Source of the DNA: Cyanophora paradoxa CCMP329
Taxonomy: Eukaryota > Plantae > Glaucophyta
Direction of reading: 5' to 3'
DNA: 64,000 nucleotides
Assembly: GCA_004431415.1 (NCBI GenBank)
Contig: QPMI01000071.1
Span: forward strand, 1-64,000
Shown: piece after piece, positions 24,439 through 36,600 of the stretch
Numbering within the stretch: position 1 is the first letter of the stretch
Layout of the letters: each line of letters starts with the position of its first letter
Notes under the pieces: model-generated
The model's database searches: none
What the model saw: the letters and a program-made list of their open reading frames with translations, nothing else
What the model was told of the DNA's origin: nothing
Program-made: the position numbers and the translations under genes

Positions 24439-26102
24439 GGACGTGTATTGAACGGCCTCTCCGAGTACTGCGTGCACCGGCGTCTGCGGGGCCAGGGGTA
24501 CAGATTTTGGGGACCCTTGGACCCCTCTCCGGGGACCTAGGGTTCGTTTTGAAACGAGGTCCGGGATCCGCACTAGCAATTTATTCGCGCTCTCCGGGCC
24601 CTCCCCAGCCCCTGCGATGCGTTTGTGCGGGGCCGACTTTTTGTTTAACGGGGTATTCGACGGTCCCTCAATCTGTATTGGACCTTTTGGTTTTTAATTT
24701 TTAGTTTCTTTGATGCACCTTGGCTCGGCACCTCGCTCGGGGTTTGTGTTTCTATGATACTAGGACACGATATTCGCACTCGGTGCCCTGCGTTTCCAAT
24801 ATTTCGGTTTTCGAGCCCTCGGTCCCGCCCATACATGGGAGGGGTCGGTCTCCCGTACCCCGTCCCAGACCCTCCCCCCGCCTCGAGCATCACGTACGGG
24901 AGTGCCCCACCCGTAGAATTCATTTTCAAGCGGGGATTGGGAGGTTTTGGGGGTCAAGGGCCGGGGCTCATGATCACCCCGACGCCACCGCCTCGACCTT
25001 GTCCTCGCGACGGATGCGCCTCCGGAGCTGTATATCTTTGGGCTGGATCGTCACGCTGCGGCGTAGGCGCGCGTCTAGCGCGTCAGGTCGGGCATCGGGC
25101 ACGCGATCGCGGGACATTCAACTTATAATATTAATTAGGGTATCAATGATGATTATTTGGGCGCACCGCTTTGCATGAATGGCCATCAAATTGCCGTCCT
25201 CAAAGGTCTCGATCGCGTGCCTGCGCGCGGGGGGCCGGGGTGGGATGCATATGATTACGTTAATTAGATGTGGGAATTTAGTATGATCATGAGACTTACG
25301 CCTCGGCGGCCTCACGCAGGGCGAGAATCGAGTCCTTTGACCAGCGGATCCCAAACGGGACGTTGGACTCGCCCGTGTTGCGCCGTTCCTTGAGTTGATC
25401 GTCCGTGATCTCCTTGACGAGTCGCAGAAACGGACCGAGCGCGATGATAGGCTGCGTCGACTGCGTTATATGTACATGTTAGTATATCAATATCTATACC
25501 ATAGTATCATGTACGTTTCCGCATACGTAACTTAGTAAGGAAATTGAATGATTATATATAACGTACCTTTTGCCACTTGCGAATTTCCCTGAGAGCCACC
25601 GTGCCCTGAATTTCGAAATCATAGTCGCCGATTCACCAACTCAATGAGTAAGCTTAAGCTTTAAGCTTACTATTAAGAAACGTGTACCGGGCGATAGCGA
25701 TGAGGTTTCTTCACCCCACCGGCCGCGGGAGCGTTCTTTCTCGCGCTCTTGGACGACGACTTCAGAGAGGCGAAGCGCTTGCGCGGGGCCTTGTGTCCGG
25801 TCCCCTTCTTAGACCCTTGCGCGTGTTTCGTGCGCGCCATCCGGGTCCGATCGTCCCGCGCGCGAGCGGCCTGCGAGAGTCGATCGCGTGGGCGTCTAGG
25901 GTGCGGCCCTCGTGGGGGGATCCGGAGGCCTAGGCCTAGAATTAGGGGCCGGGGGGTTCACGGGGGTACTCAGAGGCCCAGCGAGATGCCGCTGCGCTCA
26001 TCTCGCGAACAAACGATTTTCCGGATGTATTTGTGCATCCCGCGAGACCGAAGAGGGGGTACATGGGAATGTACATGCCTAGCTATAGGTTTAATAATAT
26101 AA

Positions 26103-26438
26103 TTAGAACTCGTCGGCGAAGCGCTTCGGCGGGCCGACGAGGCGGAGGGGGGCGCGGGGCTTGAAGCCGGCCTTGATGCATTCCGCCGCGTAGACTTCGT
26201 AGGTAAAGCTGTTCAGCGCGTCGCACACGAGGGCGTCGAGCTCCGGATCGCTGGGGAGGCCGCACGCCGTAATGTCCTCGGGCGTCCAGAGCTTGGCAGA
26301 GGGGCGCGTCTCGGACGTGGGCTTGATCTCGACGGCGGGGTCCGTGCTCGAGCTCGTCGGCGTCGCGACTGCATCGCGATCGGCGAGGGGCGTCGCGCGC
26401 GACGGCGGGCTCGCGTCGGTGTACACGTTGGCGTCCAT
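26103..26438 (-). CDS. Hypothetical 111-aa protein
   Basis: ACCATGG start context, normal composition (LWTPEDITACGLPSDPELDALVCDAL), AT-rich 3' tract. Confidence 0.55.
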   Translation of the reverse strand: MDANVYTDASPPSRATPLADRDAVATPTSSSTDPAVEIKPTSETRPSAKLWTPEDITACGLPSDPELDALVCDALNSFTYEVYAAECIKAGFKPRAPLRLVGPPKRFADEF

Positions 26439-26621
26439 GGTGGCTGGAATTCAACGATCGCGAGGAGATTTAGAGAAAGAGGAATGGTGGTCCGGGCCTT
26501 CCCTGCGGGGTCCCGCCCGCGCAGAATCCCTCGCGGATTCGAGCGAAAGCAGCAATTTCACTATCTTGTATTCAGACGAAACCAGGCTCGAGCGCACGGA
26601 TACACGAATCGAGGATGCAGC

Positions 26622-28554
26622 TCACGCGGCCTCGGCGTGATCGTTGGGGGCCGACGTCGACCCGCCGCCGCCGCCATCCGAGCTCGAGCTCGCGCCGTCC
26701 GCCTTGAGCCGAAACACCGCCGCCGGCATCCGAACCAGGGCCGCCCCGTTCTCGCCCTTGTACGAGGCGACGCGCTCCTGGAGCCGCTGCTCGAGCGCGG
26801 CGACGGCCTCGGCGGGGGCCCGCTGGAGGAGCGGGAGGTAGGCGATAAAGTCGTGCGGGCTGACGCCATCGCCGACGACGCGCGCAAGGCCGGGGAGCCG
26901 CTGCAGGACGCGTGCGCAGGAGCAGAGGTCGGCGTAGACCTTGGCGCACGCCGCCCGGTCCTCGAGGCGCAGGCCGCACGCCTCGAGGATCGGCGAGTAC
27001 TTTGGCTCCACGCTGTCCTTGCGGAAGAGGCCCCAGCTCCTCGGGTTCCGCCCGTTGGCCTCCCGGAAGCGCTCGAACGCGCCGAGGATGCCGGAGCTGA
27101 CGAGGAGGAGGCACCGGATCCGCTCGCGACCCGCGTGCTGCGCGCGGGCGTAGAGGGCCCGCCGGGCGCCGGCGTCGGCGTCGAGCTGGATCCCCACCAG
27201 GGCCGCGTCGACCTGCGGGCGGGGCGGGCATGAGGTGAGGCCGGGGGAGGGGTCGAGATGGAGGGCGTACCCCCGCCGGAGGCCGCGCTCGAGCTCGGCG
27301 AGGGCCGCCGCGCCCTCGTCCTCCTCCTGGGCGGGCGCACCCTCCTCCCCGGCCCCTCGTCGCCCCCGCCCCGCTCCGAGCCCGAGTCGGACGAGGAGGA
27401 GAGCTCCTCCATCGCCCCCTCGAACGCCGCCCGCCGCTCCTCCTCCCACGTCTCCATCGGGTCCGCCTCGCCCTGCGCGCCGGGCGCGCCCTCCTCGGAG
27501 CCGGCGTCGGCGTCGTCGTCGTCGTCGTACTCGGAGAGCCTGCACGTGTACGCCTGGTAGAGGAGCTTGGCGAGCTTCTCGCTCTCCCACGGCGGCCGCC
27601 GCTCGGCCGGCTGCCGCCGCGCCCGCTTGGCGAGGGGCCCCGGGCCCGCGGCGGCGGCGCCCTTGCTGGCGTCTCCGTCCTCGAGCTCGTCCTCTTGCTC
27701 GCGCTCGGCGGCGGCGGAGGCCGCGCGGGCGGGGGCGACGCGCCGCGGCGGGCGGCGCGGCGGCTCCGGATCCGATTCCGCAGAGGCCGCCGCGGCGGGG
27801 GTGGGCTCCGGGGGGGCCGGAGCCGCCCTGGGAATCTCAGCGGGCGCCGGCGCCGAGGAGGACGAGGCCCCCGCGCCGTCGCAGAGGGCGAGGGCGGGGC
27901 GCGCCTCCGGGGCCGACGGGCGCGCCGCCGACGGGCGGTTCGCGAGGTAGACGGCGTGCTGGGCGGCCTGGGAGACGCTCGCCGCGCCGGCCCAGGACTC
28001 GGGGCGCTCGGCCTCGTGGACAAAGGCGCGGTAGGCAAGGTAGCCGTCGACGCGCGACGAGGGGACGAGGGCGGCGAGCGTGGGGTGCGGCTCGCGGCAC
28101 GCCCCCTGCGCCATGGGGCACTCGACCTCGCCCTCGGCGTCTCCGGCGGCGTCGGCGCAGCGAAGGGCCTGCGCGCGCGGCGACGGGGTGAGCGGGGCGG
28201 TCAGGGGGGGTAAGGCGGGGGTACCGGTACCTTGGGGACGCAGGCGAGGCACGCGAGGCCGTGGTGTCCGATGAGGCGGCCCGCCCGCTCGTCGTTGAGG
28301 TCGATCGCGCGGTCGAGGTCGCCGCCGCCGGCGAGCTCGACGATGCTCGCCGCGAGGCACGCCGGGACGTAGGCCGGAGGGTGGAGCCGCTGCGAGCGGC
28401 AGACGGAGCATTGTGGGCGTAGGTCGAGTTCGAGCCACGCCGAGATGTACTTGGGCCGCGAGACCCGCGCGCCGCGCGTATCCAGCGGCGGGGCGGCGCC
28501 GGCGGACCCCGCGGCGGGCTCGGCCCGCTCCTTACCCTTAGCTCCCGTACCCAT
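26622..28554 (-). CDS. Spliced RING-like zinc-finger protein with acidic linker and helical C-terminal domain
   Basis: CSVC...PAC...GHHGLACLACVPK|ALRC...VECPMAQGAC joined across a GT-AG intron at 28169-28230 (CTGAC branch site). A second intron is possible at ~27212-27270, and a probable 1-nt indel at ~27390. Confidence 0.65.
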
Positions 28555-28681
28555 GCAGGCCCGGACGCGATCGCCGCTCGTCCACGAGTGGCCCCCGCGG
28601 GCCGCGGGACGCTCTCCTTTACGAATCGCAGCGGGCCGGCGGACAAGGCGGAGGCCCGAGGCGGGGAGCAAACGCAGGAGA

Positions 28682-29465
28682 GGTGCGCCTACCCCCGCCG
28701 CCCGTCACGGAGCCAAGTCAGTTCCCTCTAGGGCGGCGCCGGCGGCGGGCGAGGGACTTACCTCGCGCCGCCGGGGGTACGAAGGAAAGCGATGCGGGCC
28801 TACCCCCGCCGCCCGTCACGGAGCCGAGTCAGTTCCCTCTAGGGCGGCGCCGGCGGCGGGCGAAGAGCTCACCGCGCCGCCGGGGGTACGAAGGAAAGAG
28901 ACACGGGCCTACCCCCGCCGCCCGTCACGGAGCCGAGTCAGTTCCCTCTAGCGCGGCGCCGGCGGGGGGCGAAGAGCTCACCGCGCCGCCGGGGGAACGA
29001 AGGAAACAGACACGGGCCTACCCCCGCCGCCCGTCACGGAGCCGAGTCAGTTCCCTCTAGCGCGGCGCCGGCGGGGGGCGAAGAGCTCACCGCGCCGCCG
29101 GGGAACGAAGGAAACAGACACGGGCCTACCCCGCCGCCCGTCACGGAGCCGAGTCAGTTCCCTCTAGGGCGGCGCCGGCGGCGGGCGAAGAGCTTACCGC
29201 GCCGCCGGGGGTACGAAGGAAAGCGATGCGGGCCTACCCCTGCCGCCCGTCACGGAGCCGAGTCAGTTCCCTCTAGGAGGGCGCCGGCGTCGGGCGAGGG
29301 GCGTGTACCGCGCCGCGGGGGGTACGAAGGAAAGAGATGCTGGTGGAGGGAGAGGACCGGCCGCGTCCTAGGGAGAATCGCCGCCGCTCCGTGACGGCCG
29401 AGGGGGGTACGGACGGCGCCACGGCCGCCCCGCCCTAGACGAACGCGCCGCCGCTCCGTGACGGC
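28682..29465. repeat. Repeat module 3 (inverted relative to modules 1 and 2): 6 B units + 2 A-like units
   Basis: CCGTCACGGAGCCGAGTCAGTTCCCTCTAG on the + strand, the reverse complement of module 1 B units. Confidence 0.9.
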
Positions 29466-29679
29466 CTTCAAAGGCCGCCGCAGCAGACTTCGTGACGTGA
29501 GCGGCTCTCGGCGACCCATAGGGCGGCGGAAATACGACGCGTGCGCGTCCCGCGCGCGCCTTCCGTGCCCGCCGCGCGAGCCGTGCGGGCGGGACTCCGG
29601 GACTCGAGCGGCGCCCCGCGCCCTCTGCCCGATAAAAGGGCGGTACCCCAGCGCCGGTCACGTGCACGCATCCGCTCCC

Positions 29680-29898
29680 ATGTCGCAGGAGACGGCCCGG
29701 ACGCTCGCCCACCGCCTCGCCCGCGAGCTCCCCCGGCAAGCTCCGATCCTCGTCGCCGTCCCCGACCCCGCCTTTTTCTTGCACGCGATCCACCTTCTCG
29801 AGGCCAACACCAGAGACCTGTTCGCGGACTTTAAAATAAGCTACAAAGCGACTTTGGACGGGCGCTGGGGCGTACAGATGGTCCCGCTCGATTTTTAG
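29680..29898 (+). CDS. Hypothetical 72-aa protein, paralog of the 158-aa ORF N-terminus
   Basis: GATAAAAG box ~45 nt upstream; 13/61 gapless identities with the 158-aa ORF. Confidence 0.6.
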   Translation: MSQETARTLAHRLARELPRQAPILVAVPDPAFFLHAIHLLEANTRDLFADFKISYKATLDGRWGVQMVPLDF

Positions 29899-30219
29899 AT
29901 AGGAGGCGTGTGTTGATTGGAAACCGAGACCGCGCGCCCGGCGGAGGGGCCGACTGCACGAGTGGGGGTGAGCGCGGGTCCCGGGTGGCGTCGTGCGGGG
30001 GGCACGCACCGCCCGAACCGGGTTTCTATGGCGCCGCCGCGCGCGCGAAAGTCCCCCGCGCCCGCCGTTGCACTCGAAGCGAGTGTACCCCCGCTTCCGC
30101 TGCATGTAAAGCGAGTGTAAGTGACCGAAAGGTGGCCGCGAAGGCGCGCTTACAATGTGCGGGCAGGTCTCATCGAAGCAGGTGAGGAAGACGCGCGCCG
30201 CGAGAGGCGTACCCCTGCC

Positions 30220-30920
30220 GCCCCGCCCTAGACGGAATCGCCGCCGCTCCGTGACGGCCGAGGGGGGTACAGGCGGCGCCGCGTCCGCCCCGCCCTAGAC
30301 GAACGCGCCGCGGCTCCGTGACGGCCGAGGGGGGTACGGGCAGCGCCGCGGCCGCCCCGCCCTAGACGAACACGCCGCGGCTCCGTGACGGCCGAGGGGG
30401 TACGGGCGGCGCCGCAGCCGCCCCGCCCTAGACGAACACGCCGCGGCTCCGTGACGGCCGAGGGGGTACGGGCGGCGCCGCGGCCGCCCCGCCCTAGACG
30501 AACGCGCCGCGGCTCCGTGACGGCCGAGGGGGTACGGGTGGCGGAGGGCGGCGGAGGGCTCTGTCCTCTTTCCTTCGTACCCCTCGAGCTCGGTGGGCTC
30601 CTCCATCTGCGCGGGCGGGGATGAGAGTTGTACTTGTTATCTAATTGGCTTTTTATATATATCTTAGTGACAACTTCAGGGGATTTGGGCAGCACGAGGG
30701 GCTTACCGCGCCGCCGGGGTACGAAGGAAAGAGACACGGGCCTACCCCCGCCGCCCGTCACGGAGCCGAGTCAGTTCCCTCTAGGGCGGCGCCGGAGTCG
30801 GGCGAGGGGCGTACCGCGTTGCCGGGGGTACGAAGGAAAGAGACGCGAGCCTACCCCCGCCGCCCGTCACGGAGCCGAGTCAGTTCCCTCTAGGGCGGCG
30901 CCGGCGTCGGGCGAGGGGCT
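30220..30920. repeat. Repeat module 4 (inverted): 5 A units, TATA core, 2 B units
   Basis: CCCTAGAC at 30226, 30293, 30360, 30426, 30492; reverse-complement core TTGGCTTTTTATATATATCTTAGT at ~30645. Confidence 0.9.
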
Positions 30921-31204
30921 TACCTTGGGGCGATGCGGCCCGCATCCCTCTATCCCCATAAAGAGAAGCCGCGACTCGTCCCCCGCGGGGTGTGGATGGA
31001 CGAAGACCGGCGCCCCCCCACGCCGGCGCCGCTTTCATCGTACCCGCCGCCGCCGCCCGCCGGGGCGCTCAGACCCGTGCCCCTCGGGCTGCCGCCCGCC
31101 GCGAGCTTCTCGAAGCGGGCGAGGCGCGCGCTACCTCCGGCCGAGCCGCCTGCGGAACGGGGATCAGACGTGTAAAGAGGACCGGGGCGCGGGACTCGGT
31201 AGCA

Positions 31205-31303
31205 ATGGATTCCGAGGCACCTACCAAGGCCAAAGAGGACGCACACATCGCGGCGGGCGCGGCCGCAAACTCGGACCCCGAAGACGAGGCGACCAAGGGA
31301 CCT

Positions 31304-31334
<31 letters not shown>

Positions 31335-31732
31335 GTAAGGCGCGGCCGTTCCACGCGAGCTTCGAGGGACAGCACGTGGCGTACCTCCTGCACAACGGCC
31401 GCACGTGGTACACCGGCGAGACGGCGAACCTGACGCGGCGGTACAAGGAGCACACGCGCGGCACGATCCGCGGATCGTACACCAAAGGCAAAGGGCCCTG
31501 GCGCCTCGTGGCAGTTGCGGCGCCCTTTTCCAACCGCAGCGTCGCGCAAGGCTTCGAGACGACGCTCAAGGGCAAGTCGGGCGGCCAGGCGAAGCGCCTC
31601 GAGGCGATGCGCAAGCTGGCGACCGAGTACTCGGCGCCGGGCGCGCCGATCGCGGTGCACGTCAACCCGGATCTCTCGGATAGCGAAAGCGAGGGCTCTC
31701 CTGCGAGGGCAGACCGTAGGGGCGTCAGCTAG
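31205..31732 (+). CDS. GIY-YIG endonuclease, SLX1-like
   Basis: VAYLLHNGRTWYTGETANLTRRYKEHTRG...SYTKGKGPWRLV...FSNRSVAQGFE. Confidence 0.9.
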
Positions 31733-31977
31733 GCCGGGGATCGAGCTCGGCCCGTCCACGGGCTCGCACGCATGGTAGAGCGATCTGATGCTGCACGTAC
31801 CTCGCGATCAACTCGAGCACCTGATCCGCGTTTGCTCGCCTCGCGGGAGGGACCGTGGGCTCCTCGGTGTGCAAGCACGGCGCGCTAAAGTAGGACGCGT
31901 ACCGGGGTACCCCCGAACGCGCTTCGTGCGGCGATCCGAGGCGCTCTGTGCCTCGAAATCAACCAAAGCGCATTCCC

Positions 31978-32687
31978 TTAGGGCGTCAAAGGCTGTCCTT
32001 TCCGCTCAATCGCCTCGGCGCCCAAGTACGAGGGCTCGAAGCGGCGGAACGTGCACCCTCGAGTGCGCGGGTGTTCCTCGTGCGCCATGTTCGAGCTGTT
32101 TCGCGCATTCATGGCCCCGAGGCGAGACGCCGGCCGCGCCCGCGGCGATGCCGAAAGGGATGTCGGCCCCCGCGGCGACCGCGGCGGCGGCGACGACGGC
32201 GGGGCTCCTTCCCGAGCTCTCGTGCCTCTCCTGAGCCCGCCGCCCTCCGCCTTTGGCACCCGCCCGCTCTCTGATCGACTCAACATAGTCCGCCGGCCGC
32301 GGTACGTGAGCACCGCCCGTCCGCGCTGGATCGCCCGCACAAACCTCACGAGCTTGCCGCGTCGCCCTCGCAGGTCGTGATGCCAGCCTACCGCGGGCAC
32401 CCAAGGGCGACGTACGCGTCGACGGCGACCGCGCGCGGCCATCTCGCACGAGCGCCCGCTCCAGAGCTTGCGGTCGGCCAGCAGGCGGCGCACATCGTCC
32501 AGCGCGTTCTCGGAGAGCGCCGTCGCGTCGGCCGCGGTGCGCAGAACATCTTTAAGCCGCGCTGAGGTTCGTCCCGTTGCCCGCGCTTCGATGGCGATCC
32601 GGCGTCGATCGCCGCTTCACCGCGCGCCCCGCAGGCATCGCAGACGGCGCCCTCGCACGACCAAAGGATCATCCCTCCGGGGCACAT
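31978..32687 (-). CDS. Possible hypothetical protein (frameshifted), N-terminal Cys pairs
   Basis: Two overlapping ORFs (CEGAVCDAC...; VGWHHDLRG...LVRFVRAIQRG); no recognisable family. Confidence 0.2.
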
Positions 32688-32699
32688 CGGCGGCGGCTG

Positions 32700-33447
32700 C
32701 GATTCGTACCCCCGTGCGTACCGTACCCCGCGCAGGAGGTGAGCTCCTCGCCCAACGCATGCGCCGCCCTAGAGAAAACTGACGCGGGTCCGTGACAGTG
32801 CGCGGCGGGGGTAGGCCCGTGTCTCGTTCCTTTGTACCCCCGAGGAACGGTAAGCTTCTTCATGTCGCCTCAATACCTTGTGGTTGTCACGATCGCGAGA
32901 TGACGAGTACAACTCCCATCCCCGCCCGCGCAGATGGAGGAGCCCACCGAGCTCGAGGGGTACGAAGGAAAGAGGACGGAGCCCACCGCCGCCCTCCGCC
33001 ACCCGTACCCCCCTCGGCCGTCACGGAGCGGCGGCGCCTCCGTCTAGGGCGGGGCGGCCGCGGCGCCGCGCGTACCCCCCTCGGCCGTCACGGAGCGGCG
33101 GCGCGTTCGTCTAGGGCGGGGCGGCCGCGGCGCCGCCCGTACCCCCCTCGGCCGTCACGGAGCCGCGGCGTGTTCGTCTAGGGCGGGGCGGCTGCGGCGC
33201 CGCCCGTACCCCCCTCGGCCGTCATGGAGCCGCGGCGTGTTCGTCTAGGGCGGGGCGGCCGCGGCGCCGCGCGTACCCCTCTCGGCCGTCACGGAGCGGC
33301 GTCGATTCCGTCTAGGGCGGGGCGGCCGCGGCGCCGCGCGTACCCCCCTCGGCCGTCACGGAGCGGCGGCGCCTCCGTCTAGGGCGGGGCGGCCGCGGCG
33401 CCGCCCGTACCCCCCTCGGCCGTCACGGAGCGGCGGCGCTTCCGTCT
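32700..33447. repeat. Repeat module 5: 1 B unit, core lacking the TATA, 7 A units
   Basis: TCTAGGGC recurs at ~67-bp period from 33043 to 33378, plus a terminal variant. Confidence 0.9.
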
Positions 33448-33696
33448 TTATGTTATTTTAATCCTTCTATTTCTAGACGAGTACTCCGTGTATAACTACG
33501 TGTGCCGTAGTACCGTAGGGCTTCCCGTGATCACAGTGCACACGCGCGCGCGGCCGCGATGCGGCCCGTGGAGGCTTCGAATTCGCATGCGGCGGTAGCT
33601 GAGGCAAACCACGAGCCCTCCGTGACAAGTCTCCTTTCGCGCGTGCACTTCAAAATTCGGTAAAACCATCGATATCAAATAATGAACTATCTATAA

Positions 33697-36600
33697 CTAG
33701 ATCTGCATCGCGTCGGCTTCGGTTCCGGGGGCGGGAATGCAATCCGGAGCGGGGGGCGCGGTGACCGCTTCGAATTCGGGGATGGGAGCCGGCGCCGGTG
33801 CCGGCGCGGGCGGCGGGGCGGGGCCATCGAGGCCCCCGCCCAACCAGTCGATCTCCAGGTAAATACTCGGGAAAAAGTGCCCGTGAAGGCGCTTCTCCTT
33901 TCCGTCGATTTTTACGCGCTGCTGGGATCCCTTGTACGTGTTGGAGCGGAGGACGCGAGGGGCCCGCGGCCCGAGTCCCTCCTCGAGCGCGTCCAAGAGT
34001 TCCGTCGCCAGCGGGCTGTGGTCCTTGCCGAGGGCGCGCCCGTCGGCGAGGACGATGTGCTTGTTCGCGTCGGCCATCGCGGAAAAGCTCACCCACGCGC
34101 CGCCGACCCGCACGTGCTCGACCTTGCATGCCTCGGCGTGCTCTCCGCGCGCGCAGCCCGTCTCGGGCCCGCAGAGGGGCCGGATTTCGACTTCTTGCTC
34201 CATCATCTCCCAGAAACCGCCATTCTTGCGATCGGGCCCGGCGATGCACGCCTCGACCGCGCGCATCATTGAAACGACGCAGGCGATGCGGTGCTCCTCG
34301 CGCCGGTCGATGCCCGTCGGCGTGTAGCGCGGATCTCCCTGCAAACCGCGGCCCGCGATCTCGGCGATCGACGGCGTGTCCAACGGCGCACCGATTCGAC
34401 GGAGAAAGTCCTCCGGAATGGTGAGAGCGGCCGCCAGTTTGGACTTGGACACGCACTCCAGGAACCGACGGGCGCCCTCGGCCGTCGAGTAGTCGAGGGC
34501 GGCGTACTGGGGCACGTATTCGCTGCCCTCGGCCGGGCCCGGAATGGCCGTCCAGTAGAGGAGATCTTTGATTTCGTCTTCCGTATCGGGTGCCCAGAGA
34601 GGGTGCGCGATCTGGCGCAGCTGCTGTGGGACGAGGGCGGAAGGATGAAGGTCGGGGACTTTTCCGCCGCCCCTCATGCATCGCAAGGCCGCCGCAACGG
34701 CCGAATTGGCCGAGAGGTACGCGCGCACGTCGGACTCGTACTGCTCGCTCGTGTCGGGGCTGCCGTTGCGAGTCTGGGGCTTCAGGGCGACGGCGAGGCG
34801 GGCGGCGTCGGCCACGTTTCCGGGCGGGTTGATGCGAAACTCGACAGGGGAGCCGTCGGGGGCCTTGCCCCGCGCGATACACGGGCTCGCCACCTTTACG
34901 AGTTTTCCGCCGAGTGATTCGATCGCGTAGGCGACGGCGCTCCGGTACACACGGTACAGGCAGGAATCCAGGCGCCGAGAGAGAGTGGCGCGGTCCTCTG
35001 CGGTCCGAGCCTTTTTCGACGGCCTCTCTTCGCCTTCGGACCCTTTTCCACCGTCTTCGTCGGTGTCGGAAGCCGCCATCTTGATCGCTTCAGATTCGGC
35101 ATCTTCGAGGGCCTCCTCCTCGGGGCGGCGCTCGGAGGGGAGCCTTTTAGAACCGCTGGCGAGAGAGGCCTCGAACTCCTCGACAACGGCTTTGATCGCG
35201 CCGTCCGAGGCTCCCGTGTCGCCGCGAAGGGCGAGCGCCCTCGCCAGAAGAGGGCCTTCGACGATCTTTAGGTCGACGAGGGCGGGGCTCGCGGCGAGGC
35301 GGGCGAGTCCCGCCGCCTTGACATCGTCGATCGAACCGAAGGCGATGGTCGGCAGGTGAAAATTGAAGGGGTGGAGCGGATGGAGCGGGTGCAACTCGGG
35401 GACGCCGAGCGTTGCCAAGATCATCTCCGTGCTCTTCTTCACCCTCGTGAAGGGATTGCAGGCGGACCCGGACGAGTTCGAAGCGACGTTATCGATGTCG
35501 CACTTGGCCTCGCGCGCCGCGTACGTGGGCTCGTCGACCTGGGTGAGGTAGATGCCGAGGCGCGCGCGCCTACGCATCGACTCGATTGTCTTGCTGGCCA
35601 TAAAGTCCTCCGGAGTTGTCGCGTAGAGCGGCTGCCCAAGCGTCATCGAGACCTGAGCCTTGTTTAAAACCGCCTGGATGGCCGACTCGTACTCCTCGGT
35701 CGCATCATCCTGCGATATGCCGAACTCTTCGCCGAGAGAATTACCGCTCCCATTTCGATCGTCGCCGGACTTGGAGACGAAACGCACAAAATCCCCGTGG
35801 AAGCGGCAGTCGAAGGAGATGCCGGGGGTGGTAGCCAACAAATTCGGGGCGTACTCTTGAGATTTGTAGACGGCGTCCCCGGTCCGTCCCACCTCGGCCA
35901 CCAAGGATTTGAATTCTTTCGCATCCAACGACACCCGTTCGAGGAGGTCCCCGTGGTTCGCGATGTAGACGCGCTGCGCGCCGAGATGGCACATCAACTT
36001 CTCCACGAGCATCCGATCGGGCCAGGTGTGATGCGCATTCCGCTCGGCGGTCACGTTTGCGTACACCATGGCGAGCAGGCGCTCCTCCTCAACATATTCG
36101 CGCCATCGCCGTTCGAAAGACTCGTCGTCCTCGTTGCGCTCGCGCTGAAAAAGGTCGGAGCGACCCTTTTCCAACTCGGCCAGGCGTCCCGCCCAGGCGG
36201 ACGAAAAGATGGCGTTCGGGTCCACGGGAAGGGTGGCCTCCTTGTCCGCGTCCGAGAAACGCTGGCAGTACATGTTGAGACGTACGTGGTTCGCCGAAGG
36301 AAGCTCTTCCAGATGCCGCACGCGGTTGTTCGCCTGGACCTCGCGATCCGTCCCTCCAGTCCGCCCAGCGTCCGTCATGAGCCTGAACTTGGGCCGGAAC
36401 ACGTGCCCGTCGAAGCCGACTTGAACGACGTAGTTGGCCATGATCACATCCTTCGTATTCCATTTCTCGGCGTCGTTCAGGTCGCGTCGCCGCTCGGCGG
36501 GGCAGTCGGCGAAGCCCAAAAGGACCCGCTTTTCGGTAAATTGCGGGTTCAACGCGGCCATAACGGCGAAGTTCCGGAACATGTGCTGCTTGTCGGCGTG

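Larger units (their letters stand above)
1..24682. mobile_element. Partial upstream tandem copy of the same element (cut by window start)
   Basis: Position 1 (GGGCCGGATTTCGACTTCTT) equals 34177; colinear to 24682/59065 with mostly 1-nt indels. Confidence 0.8.

Noticed and set aside
14490-33447. Repeat arrays with an AT-rich leader-like core as CRISPR arrays
   Set aside because: Units are near-identical along their whole length with no unique spacers, no cas genes were seen, and the context is eukaryotic.
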